Positions 37,206 to 47,909 are shown, numbered from the stretch's first letter. The stretch is 64,000 bases of DNA from Candidatus Gottesmanbacteria bacterium (GCA_963711735.1 CAVQFA010000003.1:375830-439829), one strand, 5' to 3'. Translations and numbers: made by a program. The notes: generated by a model from the sequence alone, not told the origin.

Positions 37206-40172
37206 ATGATAAAAATTCCTTCTGAAGAACGTAAATTAAACAAAGAGCAGGAAAAGGCCGTCCGGTACGGAGACGGACCTCTTCTTATTATTGCCGGGGC
37301 GGGGACAGGTAAAACAACTGTCATTACGGAACGGATAAAGTACCTCATCGCATCAAAGAAAGCCAAACCCCGGGAAATTCTTGCACTTACGTTTACGGAG
37401 AAAGCCAGCCGTGAGATGGAGGACCGGGTAGAGATCGGTTTGCCTTACGGTATACCGGAAATGTGGATATCCACATTTCATTCATTCTGCGACCGGATTT
37501 TGCGTGCAGAGGCTATAAACATCGGTTTGGACCCGGGTTACAAACTCATGACAGAGGCAGAGACGATACAATTCTTTCAGAAACATCTGTTTTCGTTTGA
37601 TTTGGACTACTTCCGCCCTTTAGGAAATCCGACGAAGTTTATCCGCGGCATGCTCCAGCATTTTTCCAGACTGAAAGATGAAGACGTATCTCCATCACAA
37701 TACTTTGAATGGGTTCGTGCTAAGGGCAGTCTTAAAAACTCAAAGATAAATAAAGACAAGGAAAACAAAACAGAAGATAACAAAAAATATTCGGAACTTG
37801 CCGGAGTGTATCGGAAATACGAGGAACTGAAAGTAAAAGAAGGAATGGTTGATTATTCGGATTTGATTGCCAATACGCTGAAACTTTTTCGGATACGCCC
37901 GAAGATCCTTCACTCGTACCGGAAACAGTTCCGGTATGTTCTCATTGACGAGTTTCAGGACACCAATTTCGCACAGAATGAACTGGCTATATTACTCGCC
38001 GGACCTAAAAAAAATATAACTGTTGTGGGGGATGATGACCAGGCAATATACAGGTGGAGAGGTGCGGCGGTTTCAAACATTATTCAATTCAGGAAACGGT
38101 TTGCGGGTTGTAAAGTTATTGTTCTGACCAAAAACTACCGTTCGACAAAAGAAATATTAAACCGCTCTTATGACCTTATTCAGAATAACAATCCGGACCG
38201 TCTGGAAGTTGCCGCACACATTTCCAAAAAACTTGAAAGCATGAGGGGTATTTCCGGTGAGCCGATTGAAGTCATTATGGAAGACCGTGTGGAAAACGAG
38301 GCAGATGCGGTTGTTGCCGGGATAAAAGAACTAATCGAAACGAAAGATAAAAGGTATACATGGAGTGATGCGGCAATACTGGTACGCGCAAACAATCACG
38401 CAGAACCCTTTACGAGGGCGTTTGCCCGTGCGGGTATTCCTTACCAGTTTTTAGGCCCGGGACAACTTTTCCGTCAGGGTGAAGTGAAAGATCTCATCGC
38501 ATATCTGAAGGTTTTGTATGCATTTGACGATTCTGTTGCTTTTTACCGGGTGATATCGATGGACATATTCGGTATTAATCCTCGTGATATCGCAGCACTT
38601 TTAACATATGCCAAACGGTATGGCATATCCGTTTTTGAAAGTGCGGAGCTTGCAGTTCGTATGGAAATTTCCGGTGTCTCTGAAGGCATTCCCCGTCCGA
38701 CACTCAGTGAAGAAGGTAAAAAGAAACTAACTTTTTGCGTGTCCATGATGCACCGCCATATGAAAGCCATGAAGGAAGACACCGCCGGACAGATACTCTA
38801 TTATTTTTTGGAAGAAACAGGACTGCTCGCCAAACTTGCAAGCATTCATTCGGTAAAGGAAGAGAAAATAGCGGGAAACATTGCCAAATTTTTTGATAAG
38901 CTTAAATTGTATGAAACCAACCACGAAGACGCGAGCGTCATGGCAGTCGTTGACTGGATAGAGTTATCCATGTCCCTTGGAGAGTCGCCCTTATCCGCTG
39001 AATTTGACTGGACGACAAACAATGCCGTTAATATTTTAACCGTTCATTCCGCTAAGGGACTTGAGTTTCCTATGGTATTTCTGGTCAATCTCGTGGGAGC
39101 GCGTTTCCCTGGCGTTGATAAGAAGGAGCAGATTCCCATCCCGGATGATCTCGTTAAGGAAATCTTACCCGTCGGGGACCCGCATACAGAGGAAGAACGC
39201 CGGCTATTTTATGTCGGCATGACCAGAGCCAGGGATCATCTTTTTCTGACGGGTGCGAAATATTACGGAGACGGCAAACGTGAAAAAAAGTTGTCTGCGT
39301 TTGTGGGAGAAGCAATAGGCAAAGAAAAAATTGCGTTATTTATGAAACCCGGGACAGAAAAAGCAACGGATATCCAATTGACTCTCCTGGAATGGAAGAA
39401 ATCCGCAAACGACCGGAGTGATATGCCGGTAAGAGAGCCTTTCCATTACCTTTCGCACTCTCAGTTGGAAACGTTTGAAACATGTCCGCTCCAATATAAA
39501 TACCGGTATATCCTTTCTATTCCCGTTCCTTCATCATCCGCTCTTACATTCGGAGATGTCATGCACCGGACCATGAAACGGTTTTATGAGGAAATAAAGA
39601 AAGGATCTTCCGGAACATTGGATTTACTCCGGTCTTCATTTCACGATGCTTGGTCTTCAGTCGGATACGGGAATAAAAAATACGAGGAGAAAATGAAAAA
39701 CCACGGAGAAGTTCTTCTCGAACAATTTTTCAAAAATGGATTCGATCCGAAAGTTATCCCTGACTCCATGGAAGAGGCGTTTAAAATCCGGATTACACCG
39801 ACACTTTCCCTTGGCGGCAGAATCGACCGGATAGATATTCGTAAAGACGGGAAATTTGAAATCATAGATTACAAAACCGGCACTACTCCGAAAAACCGTG
39901 ACGTCGGAACCGACCGGCAGCTTACGGTGTACGCGCTTGCAGCGACTGATCCGGGTTTATACGGTAAATCCCCGGGTGATGTGATAGTTTCTTTCTATTA
40001 TTTCGAAGATAGCCAAAAAGTATCTGCAGTCAGGACAAGAGAACAGCTTGAAACGGTTAAAAAAGAGATTGCCGCAAAGGCGGATGAAATGTCCAAAAGT
40101 GATTTTTCTCCCACACCCGGTAAAATATGCGATTTTTGCCAATACCGTTTAATCTGCGAAGCCTGGAGCTGA
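37206..40172 (+). CDS. UvrD-type helicase fused to PD-(D/E)xK nuclease (AdnAB/AddAB-like chain)
   Basis: AGAGTGKT, DEFQD, GDDDQAIY.WRGA, NYRS, TVHSAKGLEF, EERRLFYVGMTRA; CPLQY, GRIDRID, IIDYKTG, QL.VY, CDFCQYRLIC. Confidence 0.92.
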   Translation: MIKIPSEERKLNKEQEKAVRYGDGPLLIIAGAGTGKTTVITERIKYLIASKKAKPREILALTFTEKASREMEDRVEIGLPYGIPEMWISTFHSFCDRILRAEAINIGLDPGYKLMTEAETIQFFQKHLFSFDLDYFRPLGNPTKFIRGMLQHFSRLKDEDVSPSQYFEWVRAKGSLKNSKINKDKENKTEDNKKYSELAGVYRKYEELKVKEGMVDYSDLIANTLKLFRIRPKILHSYRKQFRYVLIDEFQDTNFAQNELAILLAGPKKNITVVGDDDQAIYRWRGAAVSNIIQFRKRFAGCKVIVLTKNYRSTKEILNRSYDLIQNNNPDRLEVAAHISKKLESMRGISGEPIEVIMEDRVENEADAVVAGIKELIETKDKRYTWSDAAILVRANNHAEPFTRAFARAGIPYQFLGPGQLFRQGEVKDLIAYLKVLYAFDDSVAFYRVISMDIFGINPRDIAALLTYAKRYGISVFESAELAVRMEISGVSEGIPRPTLSEEGKKKLTFCVSMMHRHMKAMKEDTAGQILYYFLEETGLLAKLASIHSVKEEKIAGNIAKFFDKLKLYETNHEDASVMAVVDWIELSMSLGESPLSAEFDWTTNNAVNILTVHSAKGLEFPMVFLVNLVGARFPGVDKKEQIPIPDDLVKEILPVGDPHTEEERRLFYVGMTRARDHLFLTGAKYYGDGKREKKLSAFVGEAIGKEKIALFMKPGTEKATDIQLTLLEWKKSANDRSDMPVREPFHYLSHSQLETFETCPLQYKYRYILSIPVPSSSALTFGDVMHRTMKRFYEEIKKGSSGTLDLLRSSFHDAWSSVGYGNKKYEEKMKNHGEVLLEQFFKNGFDPKVIPDSMEEAFKIRITPTLSLGGRIDRIDIRKDGKFEIIDYKTGTTPKNRDVGTDRQLTVYALAATDPGLYGKSPGDVIVSFYYFEDSQKVSAVRTREQLETVKKEIAAKADEMSKSDFSPTPGKICDFCQYRLICEAWS

Positions 40173-40251
40173 ATTTTTTTCACACACCTCAAATGTTGAC
40201 ACGCTCTTAGATAATGTGTCACTATGATATAAGAGAAAGGAAATAATCCGT

Positions 40252-41808
40252 ATGAAAAAGAAATTATTGAAAACTGTCTATAAAAGCTCTTCCAAAAAGC
40301 AGAAAATAAATATTGGGACAATCATTGCACTTTTTGTGGCAGGAGTAGTACTTCTTATTGTCAGTTATCAGGCATTGAAAGGAAATACGGAATCCCGCTC
40401 GAAAGCAGCTGAGGCGACAAGAACGGTGAAATCATGGGAATTTAACGGGAATGATACTGAGAACTGGGTTAGATTCGGAAACGTCTCAAACCTGTCTGTT
40501 CGCGGCGGTAGTTTAATCGCGGTTGTGAACAGCGCTTTAAAAGTTCCGGCATTAAGTACAGTCGATACTGCCGGCAGGGAAATAAATTCAAACGGTATTA
40601 CAAATACCGGAATGCAATCGGCACTTCCGTCCGGAAGAAAAATGATTCAGATCCGGATGGCGCTTAAAATTCCGGACTCAGCATATAACGCACTGAATAG
40701 CACTAAAGCGGAAACAATTCCGTCATCGGAAAATTCAGGATTACCTACTGAATCAGAGGGGATATCAAGTTCCTCGACGGTTCAGTCTGTCATCGAACCG
40801 GATGAAAACGGAAGCAACCCGTCAGTCCAGGGTGTTACAACTTCAAATAACCCGGAAGTAAATCCTGTAGCTAATAGGTCAAATACGTCATGCAGGACTA
40901 TCCCGGATTGGATATCCAGGAATCATCCGGATGTGACGGCATGGCTTAGTACTATGAGCGGATGGTGTCCGTCATCGGGTACAGAGAATCAGGATCGGGC
41001 AATGCCTATTAGTATAAATGGTCCTCCGACTCGTCCAAGTGACGAAATAGGCTTTACAAAGCAATGTGCAACGAGACCTGCATGTTTGGACGCTAAAACC
41101 CCTTGCAAGTTTATATCACCTCCTCGTGAAGGATGGTGTCCTCCGTCCGGGTATCAGGGGCAAAAAGTAAAGTTTGTCGTTTCCTACCAGATGAAGGGAA
41201 AAACAACGTGGGAAAGATCATTTGTCCTGGTTGTTCCGCCAAACGGAATCATGAAAACGTATACGATTCCGCTTGCAGCAATTGGAAATATCGATATGGA
41301 AAAGATGAAAATCAATTTTGGGTCACTGTCTAATCAATCGACCGTATCCATCGATTGGATCCGATTGGTGTCATCATGTATTCAAAGATCAAATACTGAA
41401 GATTATATAGGACGTGCCACCGATATGGCATCATATTGTGACAATCCGGGAGTAACACCGATTCCGCCGGTAACAGGAAACCGATGTTGGAACGAAGCAA
41501 CGTTACGGGACGGAAAAGTGTGCTGGAGGGACGGGTGCAAAGGAATTAGGAGAGAGGGGATGGGTTGTACCATGGCAATTGTCTGCGAAGATGATCCGGC
41601 GATCCTGGCAGGGTATAAAAAATGGGTAGAAAGCGGCTCACCATCGATTCCCGGATGTTCGGGACTCACAAGTCCATACACATGTCCGACATCCGAATGG
41701 CTCAATTGTATGCCGGGTCCGCAGAGGTTGGATCCGCGTTGTACCAATCAGCAGTTTCTGACTTGGGCAAAAGCAAACTGCCCGAGCTTTCAGGGTATAG
41801 CGCGCTGA
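40252..41808 (+). CDS. Exported Cys-rich surface protein
   Basis: Basic N-terminus, [12 protein letters not shown]; a CBM-like beta domain (WEFN..ENW..IDWIRL) interrupted by Ser-rich and Cys-rich inserts. Confidence 0.7.
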   Translation: MKKKLLKTVYKSSSKKQKINIGTIIALFVAGVVLLIVSYQALKGNTESRSKAAEATRTVKSWEFNGNDTENWVRFGNVSNLSVRGGSLIAVVNSALKVPALSTVDTAGREINSNGITNTGMQSALPSGRKMIQIRMALKIPDSAYNALNSTKAETIPSSENSGLPTESEGISSSSTVQSVIEPDENGSNPSVQGVTTSNNPEVNPVANRSNTSCRTIPDWISRNHPDVTAWLSTMSGWCPSSGTENQDRAMPISINGPPTRPSDEIGFTKQCATRPACLDAKTPCKFISPPREGWCPPSGYQGQKVKFVVSYQMKGKTTWERSFVLVVPPNGIMKTYTIPLAAIGNIDMEKMKINFGSLSNQSTVSIDWIRLVSSCIQRSNTEDYIGRATDMASYCDNPGVTPIPPVTGNRCWNEATLRDGKVCWRDGCKGIRREGMGCTMAIVCEDDPAILAGYKKWVESGSPSIPGCSGLTSPYTCPTSEWLNCMPGPQRLDPRCTNQQFLTWAKANCPSFQGIAR

Positions 41809-41854
41809 TAGATCGACCCTGATAAATGTAAAAGATTATAATTTGCATCATCAT

Positions 41855-42694
41855 CTATAATGATGCAATCGGATAGTAATATACGGTTCCGCCGAATCCT
41901 TCCTTGAATTTTGTAAATCCGTGCCATTCGGGATTATAGTGCGGGATGCGTTCATCCCATACTCCGACAAAATCAAAAAGTAATGCCCCCCGAATCTTCG
42001 CAAGCTTCATTGCTTCCCAGACAAGAAGAGTCGGTGCAAACATACGCTTTCCTTTTTTTACGGACCCTGCTATCCAATAGAAACATGTGTCCCTGAAAAA
42101 TACGAGGTATATGCCGGCAAGCGGTTCTTTTTCATATGGTGCATATGCAAGTACGACATCCCTATTTTGAGGTCCAAGCGTATCCCACATTTCCCTCAGT
42201 CCGTATGTAGTTATACTCCCGAATAATCCCGCGGATTTGTTTTTTACACGGATCAATTCATCTACCGTGTCTGTCGGATGGACAGTTATGCCATACCGGA
42301 GTGCACGTCTGACGGCACGGCGTTTTGCTTCAGAAAATGATGAAAATATTAAATCTTCAGTGGCCTGTAAATCTACCCGGATTGTTTTAGTCGGGAGGAA
42401 CGGAGATTGATTTATGCGGATACGGACTCGCGATTGCAGAGAGCGTATGTAAGAACTGAGCACATTCTGCTCAACAGTCATGTCCGGTTCAAGCGCGAGC
42501 GTCCGAATTTTATTGTGCGATAGAAATTCCGATAACGTTTTTATGTGAGGAAGACTGTCTGAACGTTGTATTTTTGCCATTGCCCCGAAAAACGGAATAT
42601 TTCTATGGAGAATATATACATTATCCGTGCGCGTTATGTCCCAACCAAGTTTTCGGACATATTGGATATATAAATCTGACTGTTGGATTTCCAT
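41855..42694 (-). CDS. FemABX-like (GNAT) peptidoglycan bridge peptidyltransferase
   Basis: RRAVRRA, APTLLVWEAMKLAK, FDFVG, GFTKFKEGFGG; start moved to 42694. Confidence 0.8.
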   Translation of the reverse strand: MEIQQSDLYIQYVRKLGWDITRTDNVYILHRNIPFFGAMAKIQRSDSLPHIKTLSEFLSHNKIRTLALEPDMTVEQNVLSSYIRSLQSRVRIRINQSPFLPTKTIRVDLQATEDLIFSSFSEAKRRAVRRALRYGITVHPTDTVDELIRVKNKSAGLFGSITTYGLREMWDTLGPQNRDVVLAYAPYEKEPLAGIYLVFFRDTCFYWIAGSVKKGKRMFAPTLLVWEAMKLAKIRGALLFDFVGVWDERIPHYNPEWHGFTKFKEGFGGTVYYYPIASL

Positions 42695-42787
42695 GTTTAA
42701 TGTCTTTGGATTTATTCCTTTATACCGTCTGTGGTATGGAGGATTACAATCCTTTGAATCGCGCCGCATCAATACAGTACCGATACG

Positions 42788-43825
42788 TCAGAACGAACGC
42801 GACCTGAGAATTTTCAAAAGCGTCCAGCGTATGGAGTTTACATAGACAAACAGACGGTATAGTACCGGGTGTATGATAAGGTCATACGAACCGATGTACT
42901 CAGCAAGTCTCGGATGAAAACCTTCTTTAAACCGGTGGAATCCGTACCACGGATCTTTCGTATCGGGATTTGGGCCTATTGCACCCCACAGATCAAACGA
43001 TTTATATCCTTTTTGTTTTGCCCGGCGCATTATTTCCCAAAGCAGAAGTGTGGGTGCCATGACTTCCCGATGAGTTCGTGAGGATGCACCGTACGGATAG
43101 TAAAGCATATCTTTATGACCAAACACAATCCATGCAGCGAGTGTCACTTTGTCGAGTGTTGCTTTATACATACGGGCAATTCCCGCTTCATGCATCGTAT
43201 CCCACATCATGCTGTGATAGGTGGTATTATGTGCATAAAATCCCTGGCGGCTTGTTGTTTCCCCGGTGAGGCGCAGATATTCATCAAATGTGTGTTTGGA
43301 GGAGTCTTCCTGTACGGATACACCGTGTTTTTGTGCAACCTTAATGTTGTATCTTGTTTTTGGGTGCATTTCGGCAAGGAGCGCATCTTCAGTCCTGGTT
43401 AAATCCAGAATGAATGAATACTTGGTGAATAACGGGTGGTGGGATGGTTGGACAATCGGACATTTTCTTTTTACAATCCGTTCCGTTTCCGTGCGGTTTT
43501 CTTTTGTGGCTTCCGCATTTGGTTCAACCTGGATGTATAACGCATTATGTTTTTTACCAAGTTCAAAAAGAGTATCAATCATACGTTGGGTCATTTCAGG
43601 ACCTTTGGGGAAATACCCGACGGTAAAAGAGGTAAAGGGTACGCGGTGAAACGTTATCTGCCAGCCGACGGCGGGTACGCTGTTTTCCGGAACAACTAAC
43701 CGTTTTACTATTGCACCTGTTTTTTTACGGAACTGCCCCCAGCTCCACGTCTGGAGAGGGTGATTAACGGTTGAATCCCACGTTTTTTGATCAGAATCAA
43801 GAGCTTCTCTTATATCCGTACGCAT
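42788..43825 (-). CDS. FemABX-family peptidyltransferase
   Basis: HPLQTWSWGQF, PKGP, KTRYNIKVAQKHGV, YPYGASS, FDLWG, GFHRFKEGF; start moved to 43825. Confidence 0.9.
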   Translation of the reverse strand: MRTDIREALDSDQKTWDSTVNHPLQTWSWGQFRKKTGAIVKRLVVPENSVPAVGWQITFHRVPFTSFTVGYFPKGPEMTQRMIDTLFELGKKHNALYIQVEPNAEATKENRTETERIVKRKCPIVQPSHHPLFTKYSFILDLTRTEDALLAEMHPKTRYNIKVAQKHGVSVQEDSSKHTFDEYLRLTGETTSRQGFYAHNTTYHSMMWDTMHEAGIARMYKATLDKVTLAAWIVFGHKDMLYYPYGASSRTHREVMAPTLLLWEIMRRAKQKGYKSFDLWGAIGPNPDTKDPWYGFHRFKEGFHPRLAEYIGSYDLIIHPVLYRLFVYVNSIRWTLLKILRSRSF

Positions 43826-43875
43826 ATTTTTCTGTATTATCCCATGATTGTGCCGTATGGTACAATGGTTATGCC

Positions 43876-44088
43876 ATGCCGAAAAAGGGACGTAAACCAT
43901 CTCGTAGGGGCCGGAGTGAAGCAATACTTTCATGGCTTCCTATTGATAACAGATTTATTCCGGATATTTTCTCATTCGGTCATGTGAAAGGAGCGGCACG
44001 GTTTTTTCTCATCACGGAAATGATTCTCGCTGTAGGTGTTGTGATCGGTTCATTTGTACTGGTGTGCCTAAAGTGTTTCCCTAAATGA
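43876..44088 (+). CDS. Small membrane protein, 70 aa
   Basis: MPKKGRK.. basic N-terminus, C-terminal TM, TGGTACAAT upstream; fills the gap between genes. Confidence 0.5.
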   Translation: MPKKGRKPSRRGRSEAILSWLPIDNRFIPDIFSFGHVKGAARFFLITEMILAVGVVIGSFVLVCLKCFPK

Positions 44089-45931
44089 GGAGATCATCTC
44101 CCGTAAACCCTCTTCTTCCCGCATCCAAAGATACCCGGTAATCGATAAGTTCTGAAGGTATATCCGAGATGAATCGGGATGCAGTATTTTGAGTGCGTGT
44201 TCCGAAATACAGTCTCCGGTTGGCAAACGTGAGAACGAGCGTTTTTTTTGCACGCGTTATACCCACATAACACAAACGCCTTTCTTCTTCTATGGATTCT
44301 GCATCCATGAGCGACCGGCTGTGGGGGAATATCCCTTCTTCCATGCCGACCATAAAAACAGTATCAAACTCTAGCCCTTTTGCCGCATGGAGTGTCATGA
44401 GAGTAACGGCGATGCGGTTATTATCGCGTTTGGCCAGTTTATCCGGTGTATATTCTGCCTCAGTCAGTGCGACGTTTTCTAAAAATCCCGTCAAATCAGG
44501 AAATTCCGTAGCAACAGACCGGAGTTCTTTTATATTTTCAAGCCGGTATGCTTCTTCTTCTACATTTGCGTCATAGAGTTCCAGATATCCGCTTACATCC
44601 AGTATGCGGTCCATTAACTCGAGGGTCGTGAGAGAAACAAGCGTATTATCAGATTGTAGTTTTTTTGCATACGTCAGGAATTTTTCCAACCGCCCTTTTC
44701 CGAGTTTCTCAATTCTTTTATAGGATACGGAATCTTTACCGTTTGCAATAAGCCGGAGGTACGCGATGACATCCTTTATTTCTTTCCGTTCATAAAACCG
44801 CGTGCCGCCGACGAGAACGTAAGGAATGCCGGCATGGAGGAACGCTTCTTCGATGGTGCGTGATTGTGCGTTTGTTCTGTACAGAACCGCGAAAGATGAG
44901 TACGATTTTCCGCTTTGGAGGATCGTTGTTGCCAGGTATCCTGCTTCATCGTGTTCGTTTCGCGCCTCATAAAGGAGTATATTGTCTCCTTTTTTCTGAT
45001 CAGTCCATAGTTTGAGTATCGGGTGTGATGTGTTTTTTCGTATGACGGAAAAAGCCGCATCGAGAATTGACTGCGTCGAACGGTAGTTTTGCTCGAGGTG
45101 AAATTCTACAACATCCGGAAAATCATTTTTGTAAAGCATGATATTCCGGTAATCTGCTCCGCGCCAACGGTAGATACTTTGAGACGCATCTCCCACTACG
45201 CATACATTTCTCCACCTCGCGCTTATGAGTTTCGTCAGCATATATTGTGCCTTATTAGTATCCTGGTATTCATCAACGAGGACGTACTTAAATTGGTTTT
45301 GAAATTTGTGGAGGACGTCTTCATATTTTTCAAACAGTTGGACGGTTTTCATGAGTAGATCATCAAAGTCACACGCGCTGTTAGCGTTAAGGAGCCGCTG
45401 ATATTCGAGGTATACACGCACTACCGTTTCCTGGAAATTCCCTCTTGCATATTGGGCGTATTCTGTCGGAGGGATGAGTTCATTTTTTGCTTCGGATATC
45501 GTATGGAGGATTGCTCCGGGATTAAAGCTTTTGGCGGAAATATCGAGTTTTTTGAGTATCTCCTTCACCGCATCCAGCTGATCCTGTTCGTCGTATATGG
45601 TGAAATTCGGGAGTATTCCGATGGCAGAACCGTGTATCCGGAGAACCTTTGCGCAAAAAGAGTGAAACGTTCCCATAACCGGCAGATCAAAGTCAGTTCC
45701 GATAAGCTTTGCTATGCGGGTTTTCATTTCTCCTGCCGCTTTGTTGGTAAAAGTAACCATAAGTATGGAGGATGGGCGCATATTTTTTTCCCGGATAAGG
45801 TATGCGACACGATGCGTAAGGACTTTTGTTTTTCCGCTTCCGGCACCTGCAAGAATGAGTACCGGCCCGTCGGTGTGAACGACTGCCTTTTGTTGGTTTG
45901 GATTTAGTCCGTTGAGGACAGGGGAGTTCAT
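44081..45931 (-). CDS. pcrA: ATP-dependent DNA helicase PcrA/UvrD (short form)
   Basis: LNPNQ, AGAGSGKT, TFTNKAA.EM, DEYQDTN, QSIY.WRGA, LYRTNAQSR, FYERKEIKD, TLHAAKGLEF. Confidence 0.95.
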   Translation of the reverse strand: MNSPVLNGLNPNQQKAVVHTDGPVLILAGAGSGKTKVLTHRVAYLIREKNMRPSSILMVTFTNKAAGEMKTRIAKLIGTDFDLPVMGTFHSFCAKVLRIHGSAIGILPNFTIYDEQDQLDAVKEILKKLDISAKSFNPGAILHTISEAKNELIPPTEYAQYARGNFQETVVRVYLEYQRLLNANSACDFDDLLMKTVQLFEKYEDVLHKFQNQFKYVLVDEYQDTNKAQYMLTKLISARWRNVCVVGDASQSIYRWRGADYRNIMLYKNDFPDVVEFHLEQNYRSTQSILDAAFSVIRKNTSHPILKLWTDQKKGDNILLYEARNEHDEAGYLATTILQSGKSYSSFAVLYRTNAQSRTIEEAFLHAGIPYVLVGGTRFYERKEIKDVIAYLRLIANGKDSVSYKRIEKLGKGRLEKFLTYAKKLQSDNTLVSLTTLELMDRILDVSGYLELYDANVEEEAYRLENIKELRSVATEFPDLTGFLENVALTEAEYTPDKLAKRDNNRIAVTLMTLHAAKGLEFDTVFMVGMEEGIFPHSRSLMDAESIEEERRLCYVGITRAKKTLVLTFANRRLYFGTRTQNTASRFISDIPSELIDYRVSLDAGRRGFTGDDLLI

Positions 45932-45949
45932 AACGTATAATCATACCAT

Positions 45950-46624
45950 ATGAAACAAATCTATTTGTTCGGTAATTGGAAGAGTAATAAAACGATCTCT
46001 GAATCATTTGAATGGGTCACGGGATTTGCTAAAGAAATGAAAGGTGTCGTAATGCCAAAAGATTTGACAGCCGTTGTCTGCGCTCCGTATACGTCTTTAT
46101 ATGCACTCAAAAACGAACTTCGGGAAAATTCACTTCCGGTGAAACTGGCTGCACAGGATATATCGGAGCATGATGAAGGAGCGTATACGGGAGAAATAAG
46201 CGCCCAGATGATAAAAGAACTTGCTGACTGGGTCGTTGTCGGACATTCAGAACGCCGTAAATATTATCATGAAACGGATGAAGAGCTTACCCTGAAAGTA
46301 AAAGAGGCAAAAAGTGTAAAGCTAAAGGTCATTTACTGCGTGAGCGATGCCGATATGCCGGTACCGGAAGGTGTTGATGTTATCGCGTACGAACCCATAT
46401 GGGCAATAGGCACAGGGAAGACGGATACACCTGAGAATGCTGAAAGTGTTATTAAAACTATCAAAGAAAAGACACATGTTCCGCTCGCTGTCTATGGAGG
46501 CAGCGTGAAGCCGGAGAATATAGCATCATTCGTGAAAAAAGATGCCATAGACGGCGTGCTTCCCGGCGGAGCTAGCCTGGAACCAAAATCTTTTGCGGAT
46601 ATGATCCGGAATGTAATTTCCTAA
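45950..46624 (+). CDS. tpiA: Triosephosphate isomerase
   Basis: GNWK, GAYTGE, GHSERR, AYEPIWAIGTG, YGGSV, GGASL. Confidence 0.96.
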   Translation: MKQIYLFGNWKSNKTISESFEWVTGFAKEMKGVVMPKDLTAVVCAPYTSLYALKNELRENSLPVKLAAQDISEHDEGAYTGEISAQMIKELADWVVVGHSERRKYYHETDEELTLKVKEAKSVKLKVIYCVSDADMPVPEGVDVIAYEPIWAIGTGKTDTPENAESVIKTIKEKTHVPLAVYGGSVKPENIASFVKKDAIDGVLPGGASLEPKSFADMIRNVIS

Positions 46625-46739
46625 AGGTTCGTTTGTTAGAATCTACATTGATAAAAGCGATTACGGCCTTTTGTGCCGCTTAGCTATTTTGAAATAACGA
46701 TCGAGTTTTTAGCGGATGTAGCCTGAATCATCAAATATC

Positions 46740-47780
46740 ATGCAGCAAAAAGTGAAACGTATATATCTGCCGAAAATCCGTCTTGCGCTCGCAGGTGTTG
46801 CGGTATTTTTTTTGCTTCTCATTGCAGTGAAAGCAATCGGAAAAGTATACACAGCAGTGTCAAATACCGGATTAAGCCTCCCTACTGTTATCAATCTGAT
46901 GACGGATACAGGGGCACCTCTTGCGTCCGATAAAGGCCGGACAAACATTCTTATCCTCGGTATAGGCGGAGGGACGCATGACGGTTCGGATTTGACCGAT
47001 ACAATGCTTGTTATTTCGATAGCTTCAGAGACAAAAAAATTATCCATGATTTCCATTCCGCGCGATATCTGGAGTGATTCCATGAAAGATAAAGCAAACA
47101 GTGCTTACCATTATGGGCAGTTAAAAAAGCCGGGCGGGGGATTTACGCTTGCCAAGGCAGAGGTTGAGGATATTTTAGGAATATCCATTCATTATGTCGT
47201 ATTGTTGGATTTTACCGGATTTCAGAAAATTGTTGACCTTCTTGGTGGGATAGACGTTGACATTTCCAAAGGATTTACGGATACGGAATATCCCATAGCC
47301 GGCAAAGAGAATGATGAATGCGGCGGAGATCCGAAATATGCGTGCAGATACGAGACAGTAACGTTTAAAAAAGGATTAGAGCATATGGACGGTAAAAGGG
47401 CACTAATTTATGTCCGTAGTCGTCATGCGGAAGGGGACGAAGGAAGTGATTTTGCCCGAAGCATCCGTCAGCAGGAGGTGCTCGTAGCGGTGAAGAAAAA
47501 AATTTCAAACCCATGGGAGTATATACGGAACGGTAAGGCAAAACCGATGCTTGATGCCATAATGGCAGCTATCGAAACTGATATGAATATCGGACAGCTT
47601 CTGACAGTCGGTAAGCTTGCATCCCGGATAGACTCAGGGAGTACAACAAAAATTTCCATAGAAGATCTTTTCTATGTTCCCGCATCTTCTGATTATGAAG
47701 GAAAGTATGTATTAATCCCGGCGGATGGTTTTGATGCGATACACGCCTATATCGGAAAACAGCTTTCACAGATGCAATAA
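46740..47780 (+). CDS. LCP (LytR-CpsA-Psr) family glycopolymer transferase
   Basis: NILILG, LTDTM, SIPRD, YVRSRH, SDFARSIRQQ. Confidence 0.93.
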   Translation: MQQKVKRIYLPKIRLALAGVAVFFLLLIAVKAIGKVYTAVSNTGLSLPTVINLMTDTGAPLASDKGRTNILILGIGGGTHDGSDLTDTMLVISIASETKKLSMISIPRDIWSDSMKDKANSAYHYGQLKKPGGGFTLAKAEVEDILGISIHYVVLLDFTGFQKIVDLLGGIDVDISKGFTDTEYPIAGKENDECGGDPKYACRYETVTFKKGLEHMDGKRALIYVRSRHAEGDEGSDFARSIRQQEVLVAVKKKISNPWEYIRNGKAKPMLDAIMAAIETDMNIGQLLTVGKLASRIDSGSTTKISIEDLFYVPASSDYEGKYVLIPADGFDAIHAYIGKQLSQMQ

Positions 47781-47909
47781 CAGGATTTGTACGTAAAAAT
47801 CATGTTCCTTTTTTTCCTCTTAACGCTTTTTCAAATAGGTGCTTGACTCACTCATTTATTATCATCTATTCTGGATACAGGACCCGAATTGGGTGTTTAT
47901 GTATTTATT

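Noticed and set aside
40197-40221. TGACAC-N13-GTGTCA operator over a TTGACA
   Set aside because: 6-bp arms seen once; could be chance, and -10 spacing is ambiguous
45950-46624. tpiA as a pseudogene because it is short
   Set aside because: All catalytic motifs are intact; the internal deletion before AYEP is in frame
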